Assembly: GCA_051294375.1 (NCBI GenBank) | Contig: CM119264.1 | Coordinates: 27,509,469 to 27,573,468, forward strand | Direction: 5' to 3' | Length of the DNA: 64,000 bases | Source: Paraspadella gotoi | Lineage: Eukaryota; Animalia; Chaetognatha | Shown: positions 33,271 through 45,087 of the stretch, piece by piece | Layout: every line of letters starts with the position of its first letter | Position numbering within the stretch: the stretch's first letter is position 1 | The notes under the pieces: model-generated | Told to the model about the DNA's origin: nothing | The model's database searches: none | Seen by the model: the letters and a program-made list of their open reading frames with translations, nothing else | Program-made: the position numbers and the translations under genes

Positions 33271-34419
33271 TCTCCCCCTTCCCCAAAGTCACCAGGAGTT
33301 CAAAATCCAAGACGAAGAAAAGAAGCGTCACTTGTAATTGTCTCATGTTATCTTTTCGATATAAATTTTCCACCGATTCTCGTAAGTAATACGTGAGAAT
33401 TAGGATACTCGTCAATTCCTTTATTCCGGAGTTAGAAAAAAAAAGGAGATCAGCTCGCAAATTCACGTTTGGCTCGGGACAAATGTTCTCGAGAAACCGT
33501 CGCTCGGGGTCTCCAGGTTCCGGAAAAAAAACCAAAGCGAACGGCAACAACAACAACAACAACGACGAATAAAATTTTCGCAGGTGCGTTTAAAACAAAA
33601 GACTCTCTGTTCTTAAAAAAAAAAAAGGTCACAAATTTTGAGAGTATTTGGATGACGTTGGAGAGAGTTTCTCTAAATCGACGAGAGTCAAAATTAGTTT
33701 TTAATCGGAGAAGAATGATATTCGTTTGATATCCATAATGATTTTAATGGCAAAGTAGCGACCTCAGTGGGATGTATGGTGGATGCAGCGGCGGAAGCAG
33801 CGGCAGCGGCGGAAGCAGCGGCAGCGGCGTCGGCTGCGTCGTCAAGTCGTTAGCGGCGTCAACAACCGTCGAGTTCGACCCCACTCGGCGTTACAAACGG
33901 CTCGATTGTCGTCCCATGTCATCCCATGTCAGTTCATGTCATGTCAACGCCGATGAATCTTATCTTCTCCTCGATTCTGCGTCGCGTGATCCTCTTCTTC
34001 TTCTCTTATCTTCCTTCGCGATTCCCTTTAAAAACCGGGAGCAGTTTGAGTCGATCCCTTTTACGTTTTTCTCATATTTGATTTAACAAGTCCATTTTCT
34101 CTAGATTCACTTAGTATGTAAATATATAATTTTATTTCATCAGTTTTAACTATTTTGACTTCCAAAGGCCAACGCAAGCCAAATTTCTGCAGCCTTAGCG
34201 TTAAACCAAAAGATCTTCCGGTGTTGTTTTGTAAATTTGGATTCATTTAATGTAAAAACACAATGAAATATTTATTAATTTCGTAAAAACTTTGCATATA
34301 TTCACTAAAATGTATATTAGAACTGTTACCTGACCGTTTATCTTTAAGCTATTACTTGTAAATTACTATCAATTTTTCATCCTTATGAAAAATTTTAAAA
34401 TCCAGCCTCAACGACAACC

Positions 34420-37400
34420 ATGAATTCGCTGATCCGTTTCGTCGCCATCGTCGTCGCCATCGTCGTCGTCGTCGACTGTGCCCCGCCGAAGCCCGAGTCC
34501 TTCGCCGGCCACAAGGTGTTGAGTGTGGTTCCCAAATCCGCGGAGGAATTGAGGATCTTGAAGGAGTTGGAGCACGACGAGAGACTCGACCTCGACTTTT
34601 GGGCGGAGCCGATCGCCGTGGGGAAGGAGGTGAGGTCAACGCCGGGTTGGGTTCATGGACAGTGGACCCTGGACAGTGGACATCATGTCCTTGGGTTCGT
34701 TCTTTATCATGAATATTTCTCTACTGCTCACATCAGCTCAATAGTAAATCTCATACGCTTTTTTATCTCGTACGTAATTATATCCATTTTTAATTCTCTT
34801 CACGTTTTGAACTTTGTACTTTTCAAAATTTTTAATCTTCAGATTTATCAATAACTTCAACTTTCTTCACAATTTTTACCTTTTTTTTAATTATATATTT
34901 AATCCTATATCATTTTTCCCCATTATATTTTCTTTCCTAATTACTACTCATATCGTACCCATGATCAGTGGGAATTCGCGTGTCGCCTGGTGAACAGGAA
35001 ATGCAGTCCGCGAGCGCCTGGCAGACATGAAGGTCGTGGATTCCGTTGAGGATTTGCAACAGCTCATTAACTATCAGGTGGAAGGAGGAAAAGAGAGAAA
35101 GAAAGAGAGAACCAGAGAAGGGAGAAAAATAATGAAAATAAGAAAAAGAAAGAAAATAAGAAAAAGAGAAAGAGAAAAAGAAAGAAAGAAAGAAACAGAA
35201 AAGGGAGAAAAATAATGAAAATAAAAAGAAAAGAAAGAAAATAATAAAAATAGAAAGAAAGAAAGAACCGAAAAGAAAGAAAGAAACATAAAATGAATTA
35301 ACAGTAAAGAGATAAAGAAAGAGACCAAGAAACCAAGCAAATAACCAAGCAATCCCCGCTTCCTCCCTCCCCCCCCTTCTCGAAGGATCTCAGCAACTTC
35401 GCAGCCTCCCTCCGCGGGAGCTCCGTCGTGGGCCGCTACGCGCGTGTGGACGAGATCTACTCTTGGTTGGATGACCTCGTCAGAGATCATCCGGGGTTAG
35501 TCTCTCCTTTCAACGGAGGAAAGTCTTACAAGGGACGTCAGCTCAAGGGAATCAAGGTAAGGTCGAGTTGAGGTTCGAGAGGTGAGGGAATGGGTAAAGT
35601 CGAGTTCGCCGTTTTTAGGGGAAAAAGGTGAAAAAGTTTTAATTATGATCATAATGAATCTCATGACGTTATTGTTCACTCCGCGTTCCAGGTTGGACAC
35701 TCGGCACCGGGCAAGCCGGCCCTTTGGCTTCACGCCGGCATTCACGCCAGAGAATGGGTCTCCATCGCCTCCGTGAACTACATCATCGAACAGCTTCTGA
35801 CGTCGAGTCAAATGCAACATCTGAGAGATAATATAGTTTGGTGAGTCCGTGAGGGGGAGGACGTTGTGAAGCGAGGACAGTCGACTCTTTCACGTCTTTC
35901 ACAGGTACATCCTCCCGGTTGTGAACCCCGACGGCTACGAGTACACCTTCACCAACAACCGGATGTGGCGTAAGACTGTGCAGCCGCATACCTTCTACTG
36001 CATCGGCGCCGACCCCAACCGGAACTGGGGCACCGCCTTCGGGACGACGGGCATCTCCAGGAATCCCTGCTCCGATATTTATCCGGGACCTCACGCATTT
36101 TCTGAGCCGGAGACCAGGTAAAGGCATTTGACGTTCTGGAAGTAAGTAAATGATATCTGAGTTAATAATTTTAATAATTTAATCATTTAAATAATTTTAC
36201 CAATTGCAAGCCATTAATTTAATGAATATGGAAGTCGTAATGCTCCTGAAGTCTTTTAAAATAAGAAAACAAATTTTATTTGTAAAGCTACAATTTTACT
36301 ATGAGACGTCAAAGCAGTCTGTAAAAAAATCATTTTTAAACTTTGATAAAACAAATCTAAATAGATAAAGTAAAACTCGGAGGAAAGCCGAAATAATTAT
36401 TACATAGTGATAATTTAACAGCTACAATATGTAAATAAGATTAAGGGTCTCTCTCTCATTTAGAATAATCTAAAAATAAGTAAATAAAGACACATTTTTG
36501 ATACTACCTTCCAGGACTTTGTCTCAAACCATCATGTCGTTGAAGAACGAGTTGAAAGGCTTCATCAGTTTCCATTCCTTTTCCCAATTGTGGATGATGC
36601 CGTGGGGCTACACCAAATCGACCACGAACGACTACGATGTAAATTATCAGAGGATGAATTTACTGAAAGATTATATATTTATGTATGGTTGTATTGAATG
36701 ATTGTATGATTGGATCTGTTATCAAATGATTGAGTAATTGATTGATATCAACGCAGGAAATGGATTGATCATGTAGCTTGTCTCGCTTGTCTCGCTTGTC
36801 TCGTTTGGCTTTTCTGCTTTTATGCTTTTCTGCTTTTCTACTTCCTTCGTTGATATGTCGATTAAATGATTTATTTATTATATTCATTTATAAAAGTCTC
36901 TTTGGAGGCTTGGGTTCGAATCCCACCGCTGCCACCACAACGAAGGAAGTAGGCGTGGTTTATTACGGGAGAAATAGAAGGACATAAGAACACGTTGGGA
37001 TGATGATAATTAACAGACAAAATAAGTAGATTATGCAGAGAAAAGGCAGGCAATAAACAATATAACAAATAGTCCATAAGGAGTTTGATGTTTGTTTCTT
37101 GAAGGTAAGTTGAAGAGTGATCTTGTTCCCTCTCTCGTTTCTCTGCCGTCGGTTTCCTGAGGGAAGCCTCCTCTCTGATTGGTCAATCAGAAGAAAAGAC
37201 GGAGAAGCCAAGAGAGACAAGCTCTCTGATTGGTCAATCAGAAGAAAAGACGGCGAAGCCAAGAGAGGCAAGCAACTTGATAATCCATTCTCTGCGTTGA
37301 AAGAATGATAAATAAATAATTTTATTAATAGACATCTCGGCGTTATTGTTGTTAATTTACACACAAAATCAAATCTTTTCTCAAACAAGGCTTTGATATT

Positions 37401-37931
37401 TTGTTTTAGGAACTGATGAGGGTCGCAAGGGCAGCGACACAAAAAGTTATGAATGTCTACGGCACGTCTTGGAGAGTCGGTCCACCCTCTCACATTCTCT
37501 ACGAAGCTTCAGGTTATTCATCATCATAATCATTATCATCAACATCATCATTATCATCATCAATATTATCATCATCATCATCATCATAATCATCCCCTTT
37601 ATCATCATGATCAAAAGGCAAGAATTAAAATGGTTCTGTCACGCTTTGCCACGGAAGCGTTACCAGTATTAAACACAGAACTCACGCTCCAGTGGTGAGA
37701 CGATTTAGTTTCACGCTCACCCAGTCATCTTTAACATTAGGCGGATCCTTTGATTGGGTCAAAGATAAAGTCGGCATCAAATACGCCTACACTCTCGAGT
37801 GCCGACCCGCCTCCATGAATCCCGGCTTCATGCTTCCGGCTTCCGGCATCATTCCCTCCGGAAGGGAGACGTGGGCCGGAGTTCAGTACGTCGCTGAGTA
37901 TCTCATCCAAAAGTACGGGAATCGCGGTTGA
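34420..37931 (+). CDS. Zinc metallocarboxypeptidase, M14A (carboxypeptidase A/B-like), 8 exons
   Basis: Signal peptide and prodomain (LDFW); GIHAREW; [17 protein letters not shown]; GADPNRNW; AFSEPET; SFHSFSQ; SGGSFDW; YTLECR..GFMLP. Exon 2 has apparent indels. Confidence 0.93.
36895..36937 (+). pseudogene. 3' half of tRNA-Leu ending in CCA (retroposed fragment)
   Basis: agtctctttggaggcttgggttcgaatcccaccgctgcca+cca matches the variable arm, T-arm and acceptor 3' strand of metazoan tRNA-Leu(AAG/TAG). Confidence 0.75.
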
Positions 37932-38382
37932 TAATGTATGAAATTGATAATTGGAATAATTAATAAATAAGTTTTCTTGGTAATGTGAAATGGTTAAAAA
38001 CTTTTCCTTTTGTTGTTCGTAAATGCGTAACGTAACTGTTATTATGAAAATGTTAAATTATAAATGTTTAGTAGCTAATTTTAACATTACGGTTTGGGAA
38101 CTAGATATATGAATAATTTGGATTGCCTAATTATTTAAAAACTCTGCTTGTTTATCTAGTGCTAGTATAAATTTGACTAATCTCACGAAAACAAGATAAA
38201 TCAACTTTTGATGAAAAAATACTGTATATCTTTGAGTATTGTTCACAGTGTTTAAAAAAAATTTGATATATCTCAGTTGCTTCATACTGTGGTACTATCA
38301 TCGTCGCCGCCCAAAAGAGATTTTGTCCCAGCTTAAATAAAAAAAATATATTAATTAATTAATTAAATCGACAACAAAATTA

Positions 38383-41300
38383 TTAGTATGGTCTAAGGTT
38401 TAATCTGTAAATACCAGGTTTAAACTTTCGCCTTCTCTCTGTCTCTAAATCAGAATAGAGTTTTGAAAGGATGTAAGCGACGACGACGCCGCCGACGTTC
38501 ATTTCGATTAACTGAAACAAAAGGCAAATCAGTTGTGATTTATTTCAAATAAAATATGGTAATTATAAAGCTAAATAGAATTTTAAACCTAAATAAAACG
38601 TAAACAGGAAGTATATTGTCCCACTACACAGCTGGAGTCCTGGACCCTTTCGATGTTCTTAGTTCTTACGCTGAATATTAGATAGGAAATTTCTTAGAGA
38701 CATCTGGCGAGCTTTTCGGGAGTTAACTCCCTACAGAAACAAAATTCACCTGTAGGATAAAGACGGCATCGCGATGAAGAATTTTCAGAAGTGACTCCTC
38801 AGTTTTTGTCACTCCGCTTTATTTAAAGAAGAAAAAAAAAGTTTAAAATATAATCTCATTTTAACATAATATTTTATAATATCGACTGACACGTCGTGAT
38901 GCTGTTTGAGGTAACTCTGGATAAATGCGATTCGCCGAAACTTTGTGCTTTGGTAGATCCACCTGACAATGCTTAGCAAAGTGATCACGATTAGGATCTG
39001 AATCAAGAATATAAATAATTACATTTTCGTAATTTTAACGACAAAAAATTATGAAACAACAAAAAATTGACCTGATAAAGAATGATGATGATGATGAATA
39101 TTTTGTCGTTGAATAGGTTAATGGGTAACGTGCATTCTACTGTAAACGGTTGAGATTCCCCGTCGCGCGTCGTTTGAAAGTGACACACTGTACTGATTGG
39201 NNNNNNNNNNTGATATATTCCGTTAACCTCGAATGTCGCCAGGTTTGACTGTAGGCCATTTCCTTGATCACTTTGTATCCGTGAAGAATCAAACTCCAAA
39301 AACCTTCGATGCCAACGAAGATCGAAAGAAAGTAAAGTTGGAAGATGACGTTGCCGAGATAAACGAACTTGATAAAGATGTAGTAGGAGAAGAGGGAGTT
39401 ACCGTAACGGATCTGAATGATAGAGTATGCGTATTGTAATGATGTATCGAGTAAACAACCAGTCAACCAATTTTATGTTCAATAAATCAATTAATCCATC
39501 AATCAATGATTCGAGTAAATGAGGTCAAACTTTAATTTTTTATTTATTTATTTATTTATTTTTTTTGCAATAGGGGTCAAGTTTTTATTAGAGTTTAAAA
39601 ACGGACATGTTTCGGCTGAGAAAATCCGCGCCCCGGGTATCACAGGCAATCCTCCCGTTGCCATAATACAATGATAGAGCGAGAAAGAAAACATCTACAC
39701 ACCCCCACACACAGAAGAGCAACTCACCCCCACACACAAAACGTATTGAATTTGTTGTACGATTCTTCTCGGTTTTTTTTCCTCGTGAATGAGGCCGACG
39801 TAGCAACGGAATTGAGAAACGAAGTTCGCCAACATCGCTGGAATGAGTCGACGAACGAAAATGAATTAAATCAACTAGTATATATATATATATAGTAACT
39901 TGTCTTAATGTTTTTTTTGGGGATTGATTACTTTTAAACAAATTGGTCGTTTAATCATATAATTTCATCGTTCGTACGCTTAAATTTACGTACGTATATC
40001 CGAATGAATGAACACGAACTAATTATTAACGAGCAAACGAACGAAAAAAAACAAACAAAACAATGAACGAAGGAACGAACGAAGGAACGAACGAAGGAAT
40101 GAATGAATAGAGACGAACCGTTTTCTTTGGCGTCCTGTATCCGAGAGATGTCGTCCGCTCCCTTCATGATGGACACGAGATGAATTCCTGATCTCTGCAC
40201 ATTTTCCTTCCACATATAAAAAGGAAGGAAGAAGAGCAAAGCCATTGAGATGATCACGACGGGCACGTACTGGTAATAGGTGACCCGGACAAGGCGGCCT
40301 CCCACGTGGGGGCCAACGTAGCCTTTGGAGTGGTTGGGGAGTGGTTATAGTTAGGGGTGGAAAGCAGGCAGCAATTATAGAAGTTCGCTAATAATTTAAT
40401 GGTTTTTTTTTTAAATACCATCAGTAGAGGATATCTATTCGAAAACCTTTATAATTTAAAAAAATTAGAATGTTTCTAAATCTATAATATTTTTTTTTTT
40501 CAGTATCTTTCTTCAAATGAAAAAAACAAAAAAATTATATTTAGTTTTTTACTATTTTTAATATTTATTTATTTTTATTTCAAATTGAGTTAGTTATTTT
40601 TTTCATTTTTTAAAATTTGGCTATGCTATAGGCATTGCACCTCTTTTAGTTCATAAAAGTGCCTTTTTAACTCTTAGAAAAGACGTGTAACATTAGTGGA
40701 GGGGCTGAAAAGAATTGCGTTAAAGGTGTGGAAAAACATTTTATCCTCATACCTCAATTCGCTGTACGAGAATATGCCCAGAAAAATACAGGCAGTAGTC
40801 GATGCCGAGATAATGTTTTATTCATATTTTGTATATTTTTATTATATAAATAAACTTTTCAACAATTATGTGATATACTTTTTTCCTACATAGTATTATT
40901 GACCTAAAATTCACGAGGAGATAATGATAATTGATGATGTTTATGCATAGTAAAACAATAATTTTTAAGTACAGAAGAAATAGCCTTTAACAATTTGGGA
41001 ATTCGATATTAGATTCTTGAGAGTTGAAGACTGCGTTGTTCCTCGTCTCATCTCTCTCGGTTACGTTAGGAAAGCCTGCTCTCTGGTTGTCCAAGAGAGA
41101 ATAAAAGAAAAAAAAAGATACTTGAACAATGAAAACCATTCCCAGCGATGCCACAATTGGAGAACGCTTTTGGAATTTCAGTAGGAATTACAGCATTACA
41201 GCCTTACCGCATCCGACCACTTACCCGCGGGTCCGGACACGTAGAGGCCCTCCTCCTTGTAGTAAGGCATGTTTCTAAATCTCCGCAGAGTGTTGAGAAA

Positions 41301-42978
41301 GTCCCTTTGTCCTTTGTCCAACTCCGGGTCAGTCCAGTCGGGAACTTCGGACCCGATGACGTAATAAGTCGCTTCTGTCCAACATTTTGTGTGGAGATAG
41401 TCCACCTGTTAAATGTGCAATGGGTAGTGGATATGAGATGACATGGGGGGGGACATGACATGACATTCAATAGGAAATAAAAATTGACAGAAGTCGTCGG
41501 CCGTGTGGCCTAATGGAGAAGGCGCCTGACTTCGGATCAGGAGATTGGGGGTTCGACTCCCTTCACGGTCATTTCTATGTATGTCACATAACTTACCTAT
41601 TTTACATCTTAAATCGTGTTTGCTGTGAATTTGTATACCTTTTTTTGTTCACTTCAAGAATTATTGTAATTTGGCAATATTAAAAGTGGTAGGCCGATAA
41701 AGAAAGACAATTGGCCGGGTGGCCTAATGGAAAACGTCTCTGACTTCGAATCAACAGAGTGAGTACCTTAACTGTCCTTTGTATGTATCCGACATAAATT
41801 GATTATTTTACATCTTAAAACTTTTTGCTGTGAATTTTTATTCCTTTTTTTGTTCTCTTAAAGAATTAATTTAATTTGGCAAAAATAAAAGTGGTTGGCG
41901 GATTGAGAGAGATAGTAGGCCGCGGCCGTGTGGCCTAATGGAGAAGGCGCCTGACTTCGAATCAGGAGATTGAGGGTTCGAGTCCCTTCTCGGTCATTTC
42001 TATGTATGTAACGGAACTTGCCTACTTTGCATTTTAAATCTTTTTTGCTGTGAATTTGTACACCTTTTTTTTGTTCACTTCAAGAATTATTGTAATTTGG
42101 CAAAATTAAAAGTGGTAGGCCGATAAAGAAAAACAATTGGCCGGGTGGCCTAATGGAAAACTTCTATGACTTCGAATCAACAGAGTGAGTCCCTTTGTGG
42201 TCCTTTGAATGTATCCGACAGAAATTGGTTATTTTACATCTTAAAACTTTTTGCTGTAAATTTTTATTCCTTTTTTGGCAAAAATAAAAGTGGTAGGCTG
42301 GTAAAGCAATAGAGGCGGCCGCGTGGCCTAATGGAGAAGGCGCCTGACTTCGAATCAGGAGATTGAGGGTTCGAGTCCCTTCGCGGTCAGTTTCAACTTT
42401 ATTTTTCTCGAATCACCTGCGCATCGTTGAACGGCGTTGGCGCCATGCATTGAATCGGATCGCCCACGAATTGTTTGCCTAGAAAAGCGACAGTTGTTGT
42501 TTACTATTTTAGATTGTTTCACAAAATACTGAAATGATTTATTTTAATCATCGGAAGAAAAAAAGAATCCTAAAAAATGGACTCCACGAATGATTCATGA
42601 GAAATAAAGAAGTGCAGCTCTTCGATAATAATGAACATAGACATAGACGCAGTATTAAGAAACAGCACGTCGATGCAACGATCGAATGCAGAAATTCCCA
42701 TCCAACGCCTTAACACAACTTTGCGATACAGTTTTTTTTAGGTGCAAAAACTACGATGCAGCATTTAAACACAACACTCGAATGCAGCGCTACGATGTAG
42801 CCATTTCTATGCGGGCCTTGGATGCGGCAATCCGTTGCAGCAATACCGACATACCTAGAATAGGGATGAGGGTTAGAAGGAGAAAGGACGCCATGTGTTT
42901 CCGGTGAAGACGATCGTGGGCATCGTCGAGCTGAACGTCTTGAGAGATCCATTCCTTGAAGACGAAAGGGAGGGACAT
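38383..42978 (-). CDS. Innexin (gap-junction protein)
   Basis: DDAHDRLH; KQFVGDPIQC; YLHTKCWTEATY; TYYQYVP..MALLFFLPFYMWK; YIFIKFVYLGNVIFQLYFL; P..TVCHF..CTLPINLFNDKIF; LHRDAVFILQLIEMNVG. One N gap and one in-frame TGA near 38798. Confidence 0.92.
40620..40893 (+). mobile_element. Tc1-family transposase C-terminal remnant in an innexin intron
   Basis: LKRIALKVWKNILSSYLNSLYENMPRKIQAVVDA matches the Tc1 C-terminal W..I....L..L..SMPRR..AV..A pattern. Confidence 0.7.
41499..41571 (+). tRNA. tRNA-Arg (TCG)
   Basis: 73-nt cloverleaf: GGCCGTG/CACGGTC acceptor, CCTGA-CTTCGGA-TCAGG anticodon arm, GGTTCGACTCC B-box. Confidence 0.9.
41713..41777 (+). pseudogene. tRNA-Arg(TCG) pseudogene, T-arm deleted
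   Basis: Keeps ggccgggtggcctaatgg..tgacttcgaatca but lacks GGTTC. Confidence 0.75.
41924..41996 (+). tRNA. tRNA-Arg (TCG), one acceptor-stem mismatch
   Basis: 73 nt with intact A/B boxes; T:T at pair 6. Confidence 0.8.
42139..42203 (+). pseudogene. tRNA-Arg(TCG) pseudogene, T-arm deleted
   Basis: Same lesion as the 41713 copy. Confidence 0.75.
42317..42389 (+). tRNA. tRNA-Arg (TCG)
   Basis: 73 nt, GGCCGCG/CGCGGTC acceptor, intact arms, downstream T-runs. Confidence 0.92.
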
Positions 42979-43214
42979 GCTGAGGGAGGGGGGGAAGAGA
43001 TGGAGGAAGAGAGAGGAGATAAGGGGGTAGGGGTGAAGAGAGAGGAGGAGGGGAAGAAGAGAGAGAAGAGGGAGGGAGGGAAAGAGGGAGGAAGAGAGAG
43101 GGAGAGAAGGGGGTAGGGGGGTGAAGAGAGAGGAGGAGGGGGAAGAAGAGAGAGAAGAGGGAGGGAGGGAAAGAGGGAGGAAGAGGAGGTGAGGAGTTGA
43201 GATAATGAGAAAAG

Positions 43215-43430
43215 TGATTAAGATTAAGATTAAGAGGAGAGATTAAGAGAAAGAATATAAGATTAGGATTAAGATTAAGATTAATATTAATAGTATAAGA
43301 TTAGGTGAAAGAGTATGAGATTAGGATTAAGATTAAGATTAGGTGAAAGAGTATGAGATTAGGATTAAGATTAAGAGTATAAGATTAGGATTAAGATTAA
43401 GATTAAAAGTATAAGATTAATATTAACGTT
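43215..43430 (+). repeat. (GATTAA/GATTAG)n degenerate hexamer repeat
   Basis: Directly visible. Confidence 0.75.
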
Positions 43431-43962
43431 AAGAGAAATATGAGTAGATATAAGAAACACCATGAGAGGGCGGAAAAAGAAATAGTCAGGGGAAAAGGAA
43501 AGGCTATGAGAAGCATAATAAAAAAAAAGGTAACATTGATTATATTAGATTAATACTTATCATTTTTATATTCTTACCTTCTTCTATTCAAAATATTGCC
43601 CAAAAAATCCACGAGATTTAAGGAAAAAATTGGAAAACGGTGGAAACGTCGCCCACTGTAAGGAAAGGCCGTACAGCAAAACTGTCTGTAGTCTGCAGTC
43701 AGTCGTTTATAACGAAAACAGACAAATAACGCCGATTGTACAGCGAAAACAAAGTCGGGCGAACTGAACAAACTTTTGGTATCACTTTTTTAATTTGCGC
43801 CGTTGTCTCTGATCTCTGAAAGGCAAATAACGGTTCGGGTTGTTCCCCTTTTTTAATTTTATAAAAAAAGTTTTCTAAACTAAATTAAAAATTCCGATGA
43901 AATTGGCGATTAAATTTAATATTATTGAGAATGAGTAATTTTTTTTTAAAAAAAGGACTAAG

Positions 43963-44413
43963 NNNNNNNNNNNNNNNNNNNNNNNNNNNNNNNNNNNNNN
44001 NNNNNNNNNNNNNNNNNNNNNNNNNNNNNNNNNNNNNNNNNNNNNNNNNNNNNNNNNNNNNNNNNNNNNNNNNNNNNNNNNNNNNNNNNNNNNNNNNNNN
44101 NNNNNNNNNNNNNNNNNNNNNNNNNNNNNNNNNNNNNNNNNNNNNNNNNNNNNNNNNNNNNNNNNNNNNNNNNNNNNNNNNNNNNNNNNNNNNNNNNNNN
44201 NNNNNNNNNNNNNNNNNNNNNNNNNNNNNNNNNNNNNNNNNNNNNNNNNNNNNNNNNNNNNNNNNNNNNNNNNNNNNNNNNNNNNNNNNNNNNNNNNNNN
44301 NNNNNNNNNNNNNNNNNNNNNNNNNNNNNNNNNNNNNNNNNNNNNNNNNNNNNNNNNNNNNNNNNNNNNNNNNNNNNNNNNNNNNNNNNNNNNNNNNNNN
44401 NNNNNNNNNNNNN
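43963..44413. other. Assembly gap (N run)
   Basis: N bases; smaller 10-N gaps at ~3599, ~39201 and ~45986. Confidence 0.99.
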
Positions 44414-45087
44414 TCGAAACTTGGGCGTCAATAAAGGATGTAGTTTGAAATTGATCGATTTTAATTAATAATGTTGAGCAAATTCGACTAAACTACGTAC
44501 AAGTTAGTCATTCTACCACGAACCTAATTTACCCTCTGTTTTCTTGACTCTCCAAAGTATTGCTACCTCTAGATTACCTATCTTGGACTTTAAAATTACA
44601 TGAATGAGCAAATATTTCCGTTTCTTTTTTTTTCGCTTTTTATTTCCCTTTATTATTAATATTACAAAAAAATACATTATCATATATCTGAAATTTCATA
44701 GTTTTCATCTTCACTTAACTCCTTTAAGCTTTAATAATTGAAAAAAAAAGAAAAATACTATATTTCGAGTTTACAATAAGAAAAATACAATGCGTTATTA
44801 CATTCGCAATTGAAATATTTTTATAAACAAAGTAAGAGACAGAGTCAGAATAATATATGAGAAAGAGAGATAGCACAGAGAAACACAATTAGAAAATAAA
44901 AGAAAGAGAGAAAAAGTGTGTGTGAGTGTTTGTGTGTGAGGACGTCAGAGGGAGATTTTTTCTTGGTAGAAAGACAGTAAGAGATGATAAACCGAGACAG
45001 TTGCGATAACACAAAAATTTTCAATTCTTTCAAATCATTTTTGGTCAAAAATTTTAACAAAAAGTACAAAAATAGCTCATATAACAT

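Noticed and set aside
43925-44434. ORFs of X residues
   Set aside because: Artefact of the N gap.
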